From: an uncultured Verrucomicrobiae bacterium
GTDB lineage: Bacteria; Verrucomicrobiota; Verrucomicrobiia; Chthoniobacterales; JAFAMB01
Direction: 5' to 3'
DNA: 64,000 nt
Assembly (NCBI GenBank): GCA_963762565.1
Contig: CAVXLD010000001.1
Span: 448,001 to 512,000 of the forward strand
Below are positions 20,601-29,514 of the stretch, piece after piece (positions within the stretch are counted from its first letter, which is position 1; each line of letters starts with the position of its first letter). A program made the translations under genes and the position numbers. Under the pieces are notes generated by a model, which had not been told where the DNA came from, did no database searches, and was given only the letters and a program-made list of their open reading frames with translations.

Positions 20601-20978
20601 ATGGCCCAAGATTACCTTCCGATCCTCATTCAAGTCCTTTTCGCGATCGGATTCGCCGGGTTCGCCTTATTCCTTAGCGTAGTCATCGGTAGGGTTGGTA
20701 AGCGAACCCCTATCAAGGATACAGCCTACGAGTGTGGAATGTTACCGGAAGGCGAGGCTCAGCCTCGCTTTAGCGTGAAGTTCTACCTGGTGGCGATGCT
20801 CTTTATCCTCTTCGATATCGAGATCGTTTTCATGTACCCGTGGGCGGTCGTCTATCGCGATTTCGTCGCCAAATATAGTGCCCTGCCCATCTTCGGCAGT
20901 ATGCTTGGCTTTGTCGTGATCCTGTTGGTAGGGTTCGTCTACGCGGTGAAAAAAGGCGCTCTTGAGTGGAGACGGTAG
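20601..20978 (+). CDS. nuoA: NADH-quinone oxidoreductase subunit A
   Basis: YECG, FYLVAMLFILFDIE, KGALEW. Confidence 0.96.
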   Translation: MAQDYLPILIQVLFAIGFAGFALFLSVVIGRVGKRTPIKDTAYECGMLPEGEAQPRFSVKFYLVAMLFILFDIEIVFMYPWAVVYRDFVAKYSALPIFGSMLGFVVILLVGFVYAVKKGALEWRR

Positions 20979-20987
20979 TAGGCCACT

Positions 20988-21248
20988 AGTAATCAGTAGT
21001 CAGTAATCAGTTTTAGGAGCTAGGAGCTAGGAGAGGCGCTGAGCGTATCCGAGCCGATTCTTCCGATTCGGCGCGTGCGCTTAGCTCGCCTGCCCTATAG
21101 GCCTCATTGGTCCTATAAGTGCCACCGGCGCGCAGGCCCAAACAGATACCAGAACCTTGTGCGCTAATACTCCCACGCCCCTGCTAGCTCCTAGATTCTA
21201 GCTCCTAGCTCCTAAACTGATTACTGATCACTCTTTACTGCTCACTGA
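20988..21248. repeat. Nested inverted cassette of 7-bp tandem units (AGTAATC, AGGAGCT)
   Basis: Left arm AGTAATCAGT..AGGAGCTAGGAGCT mirrored by AGCTCCTAGCTCCT..ACTGATTACT. Confidence 0.85.
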
Positions 21249-21251
21249 AGA

Positions 21252-21524
21252 ATGACTGCCAAGCGGGTCATCTACGAGGGCCGCGTCCAAGGCGTGGGGT
21301 TTCGGTTTTCGGTTAAGGAGATCGCTCACGGTTACGAGGTTGCAGGTTGGGTCCGGAACCTGCCGGATGGTCGCGTCCAGCTAGAGGCTCAAGGAGAACA
21401 GTCAGAAATCGACGGCTTCCTGCAGGGCATCGAAGACTCACACCTGCGGGCTCATATTCGGCGGAAGGTCGTAACGCCGATCGAGCCTGCGGGGGGACTG
21501 AAAGGATTCCAAATCCGCGCTTAG
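21252..21524 (+). CDS. acyP: Acylphosphatase
   Basis: GRVQGVGFR, GWVRNLPDGRV. Confidence 0.95.
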   Translation: MTAKRVIYEGRVQGVGFRFSVKEIAHGYEVAGWVRNLPDGRVQLEAQGEQSEIDGFLQGIEDSHLRAHIRRKVVTPIEPAGGLKGFQIRA

Positions 21525-21599
21525 GAGCGCTTTGTGCGCACAACTGCGTAGGCCGTTCGGCATCTCCAACCAGCTACGCGGGTGCTTTTCTTACTTGGC

Positions 21600-21860
21600 G
21601 TAGTACTCCAACACTCCCACACTCCGCGTGGCCGGATTCGAGGACAGCCTGTCCGACGAAGCCTATGCTCTATGTTGCCAAACCGCTCGAAGTCGGCCTC
21701 GCAAGCGAGGCGCGCTCCACAACCGGGACGTTGGCGAAGTCGGAAGGACGACGACGAGGACAGCCTGCCCGACGTAGCTTGTGGTCTGTAAGCTGCAACC
21801 CCTGTTCGGCAGCGAAGTCGGGAGAACGAAGCGCCTTGTGAGGAGCCTCGCCCCACCAAG
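21600..21860. repeat. REP arms (GTGGAGCGCGCCTCG family and GGAGCCTCGCCCCACC)
   Basis: Near identity with 5310-5467 and 30007-30143. Confidence 0.85.
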
Positions 21861-21937
21861 GCCTATATGCATTTGTGGACGCTAAACAGTATAAATCCTA
21901 GACGCTCTCCGTTTTCGGACCAATATTCGTGCGAAAG

Positions 21938-22660
21938 ATGCGCTTCGCGATTTTCGGCGACATCCACGCAAACTTTGAGGCGTTCGAGGCCGTTCTCGCC
22001 GATGCCAAGCGAGAAAAGTGTGACCGCTTCATTTGCCTGGGGGACGTTGTGGGTTACAACGCAGATCCTCAGGCCTGCCTGGCGATCGTAAGGGAACTTG
22101 ATTGCCCAGTAGTGAAAGGCAACCACGATGAGTACGCCTCCAGCCATTGTTCGCTAGAAACCTTCAACCCGTTGGCAGAATCGGCGATTCGATGGACGCG
22201 GGAGACCCTGACTCCAGCGGAGAAAGAGTTTTTGGGCTCCCTCCCCCTAACGGCCGATGTGGAATCGTTCACGATCGTCCACGCCACCCTGGATAGTCCT
22301 GGGGATTGGGGCTATGTCCTTAATCAACTGGATGCCGCGGCCAGTTTCTCGCGACAAGAGCGGCCGCTTTGCTTCTTCGGTCATACCCATTCCCCGCGCC
22401 TCTTTGTTAAGGACGGATCCGTCGTTGGATTCCCTCTTACTGAGGTCAAGATCGAGCCAAACAAGCAATATTTTATCAACGTCGGAAGCGTTGGTCAGCC
22501 ACGAGACGGGGACTGGCGTGCTGCGTACGCGATCTACGATCTTGGTTCTAAAAAGGTGACCCTTCGCCGTCTCAAGTACGACATAGAGAAAGCTCAGGCG
22601 AAAATCAGAAACGCCGGCCTGCCAGTAAAGCTAGCGGATCGGCTGTTTCTTGGGCGATGA
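21938..22660 (+). CDS. Metallophosphoesterase (calcineurin-like)
   Basis: DIHAN, GDVVG, GNHD, GHTH, NVGSVGQPRDG. Confidence 0.93.
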   Translation: MRFAIFGDIHANFEAFEAVLADAKREKCDRFICLGDVVGYNADPQACLAIVRELDCPVVKGNHDEYASSHCSLETFNPLAESAIRWTRETLTPAEKEFLGSLPLTADVESFTIVHATLDSPGDWGYVLNQLDAAASFSRQERPLCFFGHTHSPRLFVKDGSVVGFPLTEVKIEPNKQYFINVGSVGQPRDGDWRAAYAIYDLGSKKVTLRRLKYDIEKAQAKIRNAGLPVKLADRLFLGR

Positions 22661-23637
22661 CGCCGGATACCATTCTCCTGGTCAAGCCAAGCTCTCTCGG
22701 GGATATCGTCCACACATTACCCGCGCTGAGATTCGTCAAACAGTCGTTCCCGAGAAGTAAAATCTATTGGGTCGCGAACACAGAGTGGAGCCCGCTGCTT
22801 GAAGATAACCCGGACTTGGAAGGCGTTATCCGGTTTCCCCGAAGGAGTTTTCGCGGTCTTAGAGGGGTGATCCGGTTCTGGCAGTGGTGCCAAGAGTTGG
22901 GCAAGCTGCGGGCTGATCTGGTACTCGATTTTCAAGGCCTCTTTCGGAGCGCCTTGATCTCGCGGAGCGCGGGTAGCCGACTGGTATTGGGTTTGGCTGA
23001 CGCGCGGGAGGGAGCTAGATTTTTTTATCAAAAGGCCGCTCCCGTAACGCCGACCCAGCATGCGGTCTTGCGTTATCTGGCTCTGGCCGCGCTCGCCGGC
23101 GCGGATGTCTCCGGTCAAATCGAGTTCACATTACCCCAGGGCCGTCCGATACCAAATTTTGAGCTACCAAATCAGTTTGTCGTCCTTCACCCTTTTTCAA
23201 GGGGAACCGGCAAATCGTTAGGTGAAGCCGAGATTTACCAGTTAACCGCAGCACTGGCTCCCATTCCTGTCATTATCGTTGGGAAGGCTGACTCTCCGAT
23301 CTCCTTTGCTCGGAACGCAGCCTCACTAGTTAACCTAACCGATCTGGAACAGCTAATCTGGCTGCTGCGCAAGGCCGCCTTCGTAATCAGCGTCGATAGC
23401 GGACCAATGCACCTGGCAGCAGCCGTATCGCGCGAGATTCTATCAATCCATTTTTGGAGTGACCCCAGAAAAGTCGGACCATTCCGGCCGGACGCCTGGA
23501 TCTGGCAAGACAACAAGATATTACGTAAGGAAGAGCTGCCCGAAGAGTCACGAGAAGGAGACAGATCGGTGCGGCCGCGTCCGGAGCAGATCGCGTTGTT
23601 CATCCGGGAACGACTTGGAATAGGAGCTAGGAGCTAG
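22657..23637 (+). CDS. Glycosyltransferase family 9 (LPS heptosyltransferase-like)
   Basis: KPSSLGDIVH, DFQGL.RS, DSGPMHLAAA. Confidence 0.92.
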   Translation: MTPDTILLVKPSSLGDIVHTLPALRFVKQSFPRSKIYWVANTEWSPLLEDNPDLEGVIRFPRRSFRGLRGVIRFWQWCQELGKLRADLVLDFQGLFRSALISRSAGSRLVLGLADAREGARFFYQKAAPVTPTQHAVLRYLALAALAGADVSGQIEFTLPQGRPIPNFELPNQFVVLHPFSRGTGKSLGEAEIYQLTAALAPIPVIIVGKADSPISFARNAASLVNLTDLEQLIWLLRKAAFVISVDSGPMHLAAAVSREILSIHFWSDPRKVGPFRPDAWIWQDNKILRKEELPEESREGDRSVRPRPEQIALFIRERLGIGARS

Positions 23638-23726
23638 AATTCAGGAGCCAGGAGGGGCGGTGGGCCCTATCTTGGTAGATGCCATGGTGTTGTCAGGCTG
23701 CCGGATCAACAGCAGCCTGACAAACA

Positions 23727-24833
23727 ATGATTGAATACAAACTCAAGGCGGCACCGACCGCCGTAAGCCAGGAAAAGAACAGCCAAAAGGAAGCGAAGGC
23801 AAACCGGATCGTGCTGGGAGTCGATGCGCACCTAAAGAGCTATCAGGCGGCCCGCAAGATCGATAACGGGGCTGTGGGAGTAGCCCAGACATTCGGGAGC
23901 AAGGAAGCGTTGTTGCTTTACGTTGAGAAGCAGCGAGAGCAAGCCAAGGAAGTGGTGGTGGTCTACGAAGCCGGGCCGCTGGGGTACTCGCTGTATCGGC
24001 AGTTAAAGGCAAGCGGGATTGAGTGCCTGGTCTGTGCACCCCGCAGCGGAGAGCAGAAGAGGAAGCGGGGCAAGAACAACTCAATTGATGCGCGAACCTT
24101 AACCAGTGATCTGAGCAATTATCTCAATGGCAATGAGCAAGCGCTGCAACTGGTCAGAATACCGAGGGAGGCTCAAGAGCAGGCTCGAGTGGAAAGTCGC
24201 CAGCACGATGCGCTGGTGCAAGAACGCCAGCGCATCGGCGTCATGGGCAACTCCCTTTTGCTGAGCCAGGGCTACCAGAGCTGGAGCAATTGGTGGCGGC
24301 CCAAAGCTTTTGAGCACTTAAGCAAGGGGGTGGCGCCTTGGATTGTAAAACATCTTGGTCGCTGGGTTGGGATATTACGCGAGCTAGACCAGCAAATTGA
24401 GCAAGCCAAGGCAGAGCTAACCAAGCAGTACCAAGGCCCACGGCCAAAGGGGATGGGAGCTCCCAGCTTGGCGCAATTGAATGCTGAAGTACTGGATTGG
24501 AATCTTTACTCAACTGAACGCAAGATCGGCTGCTTAGCCGGGATGGTGCCCAGTGAATGGAGCAGCGGAGAGAGCCAACGCTTGGGTGCAATCACCAAAG
24601 TGGGACTACCGGCTCTGCGGCGCATCATCACCGAGATGGTCTGGCGGATGATCCTCTTCCAGCCCGAGTATAAAGCGGTGCAAAAATGGCGTGAGCTACT
24701 GGAGGGCTCTAACCGAGGACTGAAGAAAAAAGCCGTGGTGGCCATCGGCCGGCAACTGATCGTCGATATCTGGCGGCTACAAACCGGTCGTATTACTGCC
24801 CAGCAATTGGGTCTCATCATGATCGAGGGCTAA
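23727..24833 (+). CDS. IS110/IS1111 family recombinase (transposase)
   Basis: GVDAH, YEAG, KNNSIDA RuvC-like motifs; G..PSEWSSG...G.ITK.G catalytic-Ser region. Confidence 0.93.
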   Translation: MIEYKLKAAPTAVSQEKNSQKEAKANRIVLGVDAHLKSYQAARKIDNGAVGVAQTFGSKEALLLYVEKQREQAKEVVVVYEAGPLGYSLYRQLKASGIECLVCAPRSGEQKRKRGKNNSIDARTLTSDLSNYLNGNEQALQLVRIPREAQEQARVESRQHDALVQERQRIGVMGNSLLLSQGYQSWSNWWRPKAFEHLSKGVAPWIVKHLGRWVGILRELDQQIEQAKAELTKQYQGPRPKGMGAPSLAQLNAEVLDWNLYSTERKIGCLAGMVPSEWSSGESQRLGAITKVGLPALRRIITEMVWRMILFQPEYKAVQKWRELLEGSNRGLKKKAVVAIGRQLIVDIWRLQTGRITAQQLGLIMIEG

Positions 24834-24994
24834 AACCATTTTAGAAGTGACCCGAAGACTCGGGTTTTAACTTGGGGCTCTGCCCCAAACCCCGGTTCGG
24901 GGGAAACAGGAGCAAGCTGGCGCCTCTAAAGAGGCCCCATGGTTAAGGGAGAAGCTGACACAGCACTAGACTAAACATTTTAACTCTGGACTTT

Positions 24995-25145
24995 GGAACG
25001 GCGCGCGCTCGTGCTCGCCCCTGGGCTTTAAAAGCCCGTTGGTAGATTGGGCGCGCTCGTTCCTCTTGAGCGATGCGTATAGAGCATCTTGCGCTGTCAA
25101 ACCCTGACAGGCCGGATAGGAGGCTGCCTTGTCCCAATCGAGCTC
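24995..25145 (+). ncRNA. Predicted bridge/seek RNA core (target- and donor-binding loops); transcript ends unknown
   Basis: CTCGCCCC/TTGGTAG flank one hairpin, GCATCT/ATAGGAG flank a second; they match target and circle junction respectively. Confidence 0.8.
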
Positions 25146-25596
25146 GGAGACATGAGCCACAAGAGGAAACGTACCAACCGTCGCAAACCGGCTCGATCTC
25201 TGAACTAAAAATTTTGGCAACTACGTTGCTCTACAAAAGATGACAAACCGCTAAAAACACGCAGGGTAGCTTGACAACACCATAGGGGGGCGAGGCTCCC
25301 GGAGAGCCCTGCGATTCTCCAGGGTGGGTGGCACAAACGCCAAAATACAAATGCGCAAGGCCAAGGAAACGCGCCGAGCCGTACCCACAGTAAACCACGG
25401 CTCGGCGCGCTTTGAAGTGTAGCAACATTCTCCGGAGGTTTAATATTGGACGCTGCGCGATAACTTTGAGTTCTTTCGGGAGCCTCGCCCCACCAAGATA
25501 GGGCCCACCGCCCCCTCCTGGCTCCTAGATTCTAGCTCCTAGCTCCTGTTCTACTTTCCGCTTTAAATAACCCCAGAAGCATCTATCTAACACCAT

Positions 25597-26085
25597 ATGC
25601 CTTCGTTCGACATCGTGTCGGAAGTCGACAAGCAAGAGATCGACAACGCCCTCAACCAAGCTAAGAAAGAGCTGAGTACCCGATTTGACTTCAAGGACAG
25701 CAAAGCCTCGATCGAGCGCACCAGCCCCGACGTGCTTGAACTAACAGCCGAAGATGCCGCCAGATTGCGGTCTTTGATGGAGATCATGGTTGGCAAGCTG
25801 GCTAAACGCGGCGTCGATTTGCGCAACGTCGAACGGAAAGATCCGGCAATTTCCCCCTTAGGGCACGCGCGCCAGGAAATTCATATAAAACAAGGGCTCG
25901 AGGGAGATAAGGCAAAAGAGATCACCAAAGCGATCAAAGCTGAAGGAATAAACGTGCAGTGCCAATTACAGGATCGCCAGATCCGAGTCTCCGGAAAAAA
26001 GAAGGATGATCTGCAGACAGTGATCCAGTTTTTGCGGAAAAAAGATTTCGGCGTAGCGCTGAATTTTAAGAACTTCCGAGATTAG
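25597..26085 (+). CDS. yajQ: YajQ family nucleotide-binding protein
   Basis: MPSFDIVSEVD, RFDFK, RVSGKKKDDLQ, NFRD. Confidence 0.95.
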   Translation: MPSFDIVSEVDKQEIDNALNQAKKELSTRFDFKDSKASIERTSPDVLELTAEDAARLRSLMEIMVGKLAKRGVDLRNVERKDPAISPLGHARQEIHIKQGLEGDKAKEITKAIKAEGINVQCQLQDRQIRVSGKKKDDLQTVIQFLRKKDFGVALNFKNFRD

Positions 26086-26437
26086 GAGTTCGGTAGGGCG
26101 AGGCTCCAACAGACAAAGTAAGCAGTAAGCAGTAAGCGGTTTTAGGAGCCAGGATCCAGGAGGTGCTCAGCCCGGAATGCGCGGCGTATCAATCCGGGCT
26201 TTCTCCGACGCAATTCTTGCCTGAAACTCTGGAATCTGAAGAATCCTGTCCTTCCTCTATTAATTAATGACAAAGTGATTTGCTTTTGAAACCGGCGCTT
26301 TCGTCGGCTCAGCGTGTGGCCCAGCCGAAAAACCTCCTGATTCCTGGATTCCGGCTCCTGCCTCCTAGACTGCTTACTGCTTACTGCTTACTGCTTACTG
26401 CTTACTTTGTCCGCCGGAGCCTCGCCCTACCGAACTC
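26086..26437. repeat. Nested REP cassette (GTAGGGCGAGGCTCC outside, AGTAAGC and AGGAGCC tandems inside)
   Basis: GGAGTTCGGTAGGGCGAGGCTCC / GGAGCCTCGCCCTACCGAACTCC; (GCTTACT)x5. Confidence 0.9.
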
Positions 26438-27679
26438 CTACCCAAACGGACAACGCCTCGCGCTTCCCTCGGCCCAACGCTTCGGTTGCGCCAGAAAGTT
26501 CGGCTTCACCGTTCGGTCTTTGAACGAGCGGTGAAAGACTGGTGTAGTGGCCCCTGATATTGGAGGCACAATCCAGCTCCAATCCGCATAAACGCAGCGT
26601 CCCGCTTCCTTCTCTCTATTCTCATGAAGTAGAAACTGCTTGGTAACGGTGTGGTGATCGACCATCGCTACCCCAGCCTCGGCGAACGACCAAAGAACAG
26701 CATCGTTCAGCTCGATAAGAGCTCGGTCCTTCCATAGGTTCCGATTAGAGCCGACATCCATTCCAAGAAGTCTGCCAATCTCAGGCAAAACATTGTAACG
26801 GTCTATGTCCGCCAGATCGCGCGCACCGATCTCGGATCCGACGTACCACCCGCTAAAGGGAGCTGCCGGAAATGAAACGCCTCCAATTTCGAGAAGCATC
26901 CCGGAGACCGCCGGCAAGGCGAACCATTTTAAACCCATTTGCTCAAACCAGCCGTAGCGAGGGTGGCGAATCGGGACTTCCAAGACGTCATCAAACGGTA
27001 AATCAAACCAATGGACTGTGCTGTCCATCTCGATCACGATCGGCAGTAGGTTAAAACGGCCTCGCGGTGGTCCCTTCCAACCCAGCGCTTCAATCCGGTG
27101 GGTGAAACCAAGATTGATCGGATCTCCTAAGACCGATCCGTCGGCTTGTCGATATCCGGCGTAGCCGATCAACTGCCGGTTCCAAATCCTAACCCGTGGT
27201 TTTTCGACGGATCCGGAAGCGAAAACCGAGACCATCGGAACGATGCGCCCGCCGTTTGTGGAAAACTCAACATGGTCGACCAGCGCGGCAAACACCTCTT
27301 GCGGAGTATTTAGGTGCCTCAGGTCTCGAACCAACAGATTCTCCCACAGTAATCGGCCAACACACCGAGTGCTATTTCGCCAGGCTACTTTCGCTCCGTA
27401 TACCAGCTCCTCCCGGCTCAGGTAATCCAACTGGCCATCCCGAATTTGTTTCCTGACTTGTGCCCACCGCGAGTTGAAAACCTCGGATGAGCCGGAGCTC
27501 ATCCCTAACGTTTCAGAATAGAACTGGTCGAGCCATTTACGAGCCTCTTCCAGAAGAAGGGTCGCATGGGCGCCATCATTGACCTCGGCTGGATCATCTC
27601 GGATCACAGCCGCCTGCTTCCGAATTTGCTTCAGGCGGCGCTGCCCGATCATGGCGCGTGGATCAGCGTCGTTTTTCAT
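26438..27679 (-). CDS. nos: Nitric oxide synthase oxygenase domain protein
   Basis: AWRNSTRCVGR heme-Cys, GWY..SEIG substrate Glu, DHH, DWSWIVPP. Confidence 0.95.
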   Translation of the reverse strand: MKNDADPRAMIGQRRLKQIRKQAAVIRDDPAEVNDGAHATLLLEEARKWLDQFYSETLGMSSGSSEVFNSRWAQVRKQIRDGQLDYLSREELVYGAKVAWRNSTRCVGRLLWENLLVRDLRHLNTPQEVFAALVDHVEFSTNGGRIVPMVSVFASGSVEKPRVRIWNRQLIGYAGYRQADGSVLGDPINLGFTHRIEALGWKGPPRGRFNLLPIVIEMDSTVHWFDLPFDDVLEVPIRHPRYGWFEQMGLKWFALPAVSGMLLEIGGVSFPAAPFSGWYVGSEIGARDLADIDRYNVLPEIGRLLGMDVGSNRNLWKDRALIELNDAVLWSFAEAGVAMVDHHTVTKQFLLHENREKEAGRCVYADWSWIVPPISGATTPVFHRSFKDRTVKPNFLAQPKRWAEGSARRCPFG

Positions 27680-27685
27680 TTCGTC

Positions 27686-29044
27686 CTATGCTTTTGAAAG
27701 TTCCGTAACCGCGGCGCGCTGGCCCCGACTGTTTCGGCGGCGCTGCCGTAGCCGATCAAAAAATTGGGTTCGCCGCCAAGTCGCGAATTCTTTGTCGTAG
27801 ACCTTCGCCATCAAATCGCGGAGCCCGGTTTCCAGCGTCTCTACCGTCATCCTGTCGGGCCGAAAATTGACATCGAAAAGCGTACACCGATTCCACGCTC
27901 GCGGGTAAAGCAAACGACCCTCACGCTCCAGACGCTTGTAGAGGGGAGTTCCTGCGAACGGTGTCAGAACGGTCAACTGAACCTCGAAGAGAGCGGTTTC
28001 CTGGATAAACCGCCAAACCGCTTCAAAAGTCTCCGGACCCGACCCATCCAAGCCGAGGATGAAACAGCCGTTCACCGTAATACCATTGTCTTGGATCCGG
28101 CGAATAGCCGCACGGTAGCGCTCTACCTGTTTCACTTTCCAATTGGCTTTCTGTTCCAACCCATCCATACCCGCGATAACCGGGCTTTCCAGGCCTATCA
28201 AGATCTGGGAGCAACCGCTTTCCCGCAGGAGCCGAAGCAACTCCGGATCGTCGGCCACCGAGATATCCGTTTCGGTAAACCAATGAATATTTTCAGCGGC
28301 CAACGCTCGAACCAAATGCTTTCCCCGAGCCCGGTTCGCGAAGGTGTTGTCATCCGCTAGCTCGATAAAAGGATGGCTCCACAGCTTTTTGATCTGGTGA
28401 AGCTCAGCCACCACCCGATCGATTGGTTTAGTCCGGAATTGTGGCGCTATGCGGATCGACGCGGCGCAAAATTCGCACTTGAACGGACATCCGCGCTGGG
28501 TCTGCACCGTTATTCGGTTGTATTGCGCCGGATTGAGCAGATCGAAACGGGGCATGGGTGAGTTTGCCAGGTCGAATTGCGATCCCTCGTTCTTGTAAAC
28601 GTGCTGCATCCGGCCAGCTTCCCAATCCTCTAATAGCTTCGCCCAGACCGGTTCCGCTTCACCGATGACAATAGCGTCCGCATGTTCAAGGGCCTCTTGC
28701 GGCTCCGCCGACACATGCAGACCGCCCATGATCACACAACTTCCCTCGGTTCGGTACCGGTCGGCTAACGCATAAGCTTCTTCGACCTGTGCTGCCAGGC
28801 TGGAGATAGCCACCAGATCGAACGGACCGGGCGGCTTATCCAGCTTATTGATGTCAAAAACATCGTGATAAGAGATTTCGAATCGATCAGGCGTCAACCC
28901 TGCCAACGTTAGAAGCCCAAGCGTTGGTAATGAGGCAATCACCTTACCGCGATCGACAAATCCGGGCAGGGTCAGCCCTAAACTAATGAGCTCTGGGTTC
29001 ACAACGCGAACTCCGCTCATCGCAATCAAACCAATCGTTTTCAT
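27686..29044 (-). CDS. B12-binding domain radical SAM protein
   Basis: GG.HVS..P.E B12-binding region, RGCPFKCEFC, DD.F, GLES; ATGA overlap with upstream gene. Confidence 0.92.
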   Translation of the reverse strand: MKTIGLIAMSGVRVVNPELISLGLTLPGFVDRGKVIASLPTLGLLTLAGLTPDRFEISYHDVFDINKLDKPPGPFDLVAISSLAAQVEEAYALADRYRTEGSCVIMGGLHVSAEPQEALEHADAIVIGEAEPVWAKLLEDWEAGRMQHVYKNEGSQFDLANSPMPRFDLLNPAQYNRITVQTQRGCPFKCEFCAASIRIAPQFRTKPIDRVVAELHQIKKLWSHPFIELADDNTFANRARGKHLVRALAAENIHWFTETDISVADDPELLRLLRESGCSQILIGLESPVIAGMDGLEQKANWKVKQVERYRAAIRRIQDNGITVNGCFILGLDGSGPETFEAVWRFIQETALFEVQLTVLTPFAGTPLYKRLEREGRLLYPRAWNRCTLFDVNFRPDRMTVETLETGLRDLMAKVYDKEFATWRRTQFFDRLRQRRRNSRGQRAAVTELSKA

Positions 29045-29433
29045 GAGTGTGGCCAATGCCAGAGCAAAAGGGAAACCGACGTGCCCAAGCTGAGCACCGG
29101 CACCGGAAACAAATGACGAAGCCAGGAACGCCACGCCGAAAGGAAACAGCACACCGGCATCGTGACCTGACCGATAAAAAACCATCTTCCCGCCAACCGA
29201 ACCGTATCCGCATCGAGTGCCAGTTGGCGAACGGTGATTCCTAGTAAGACGCTTAGGATCCCGAGACCGAAGAAAGAGATATGACCAAGGCGAACCAATC
29301 GCCGGGGAAAGCTGTTGTAACCCCCGAGCCATTGTTCTTGATGAAAGAAAAGACCGATCACGGCGCCGGACACAATTCCGGCTACCATCCCGATCCAGCC
29401 CCAATAGAGGCTATTATAAGGTAACCAATTCAT
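29041..29433 (-). CDS. Small integral membrane protein
   Basis: Four hydrophobic segments, GGY.S..RRL.RLGH motif; translationally coupled to the radical SAM gene. Confidence 0.8.
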   Translation of the reverse strand: MNWLPYNSLYWGWIGMVAGIVSGAVIGLFFHQEQWLGGYNSFPRRLVRLGHISFFGLGILSVLLGITVRQLALDADTVRLAGRWFFIGQVTMPVCCFLSAWRSWLRHLFPVPVLSLGTSVSLLLWHWPHS

Positions 29434-29514
29434 CGTGCCGGATCCTAGTGTTGAATCCGGCCATTGCGGTAATTGAAGAAATTTGGTCGGTTATCAGGAG
29501 AATCGATGAGCGCA

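Larger units (their letters stand above)
23677..25286 (+). mobile_element. IS110-superfamily, IS1111-type insertion sequence (about 1610 bp)
   Basis: Sub-terminal IRs 23684-23702 and 25265-25283 (17/19 match), 7 and 3 nt from the ends; removal restores the REP; no target duplication. Confidence 0.92.
23618..25551. repeat. REPIN cassette whose left arm is split by the IS
   Basis: 23618-23676 plus 25287-25300 is the near-exact reverse complement of 25478-25551. Confidence 0.9.

Noticed and set aside
21347..21872. ORFs between acyP and the phosphoesterase
   Set aside because: Composed of REP sequence; no family motifs
26366..26406. (GCTTACT)n and similar short tandem arrays as CRISPR or contingency loci
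   Set aside because: No unique spacers, no cas genes; they are intergenic arms of inverted cassettes
29045..29404. 120-aa N-terminal extension of the radical SAM ORF
   Set aside because: Overlaps the membrane protein gene in another frame; ATGA coupling supports start at 29044
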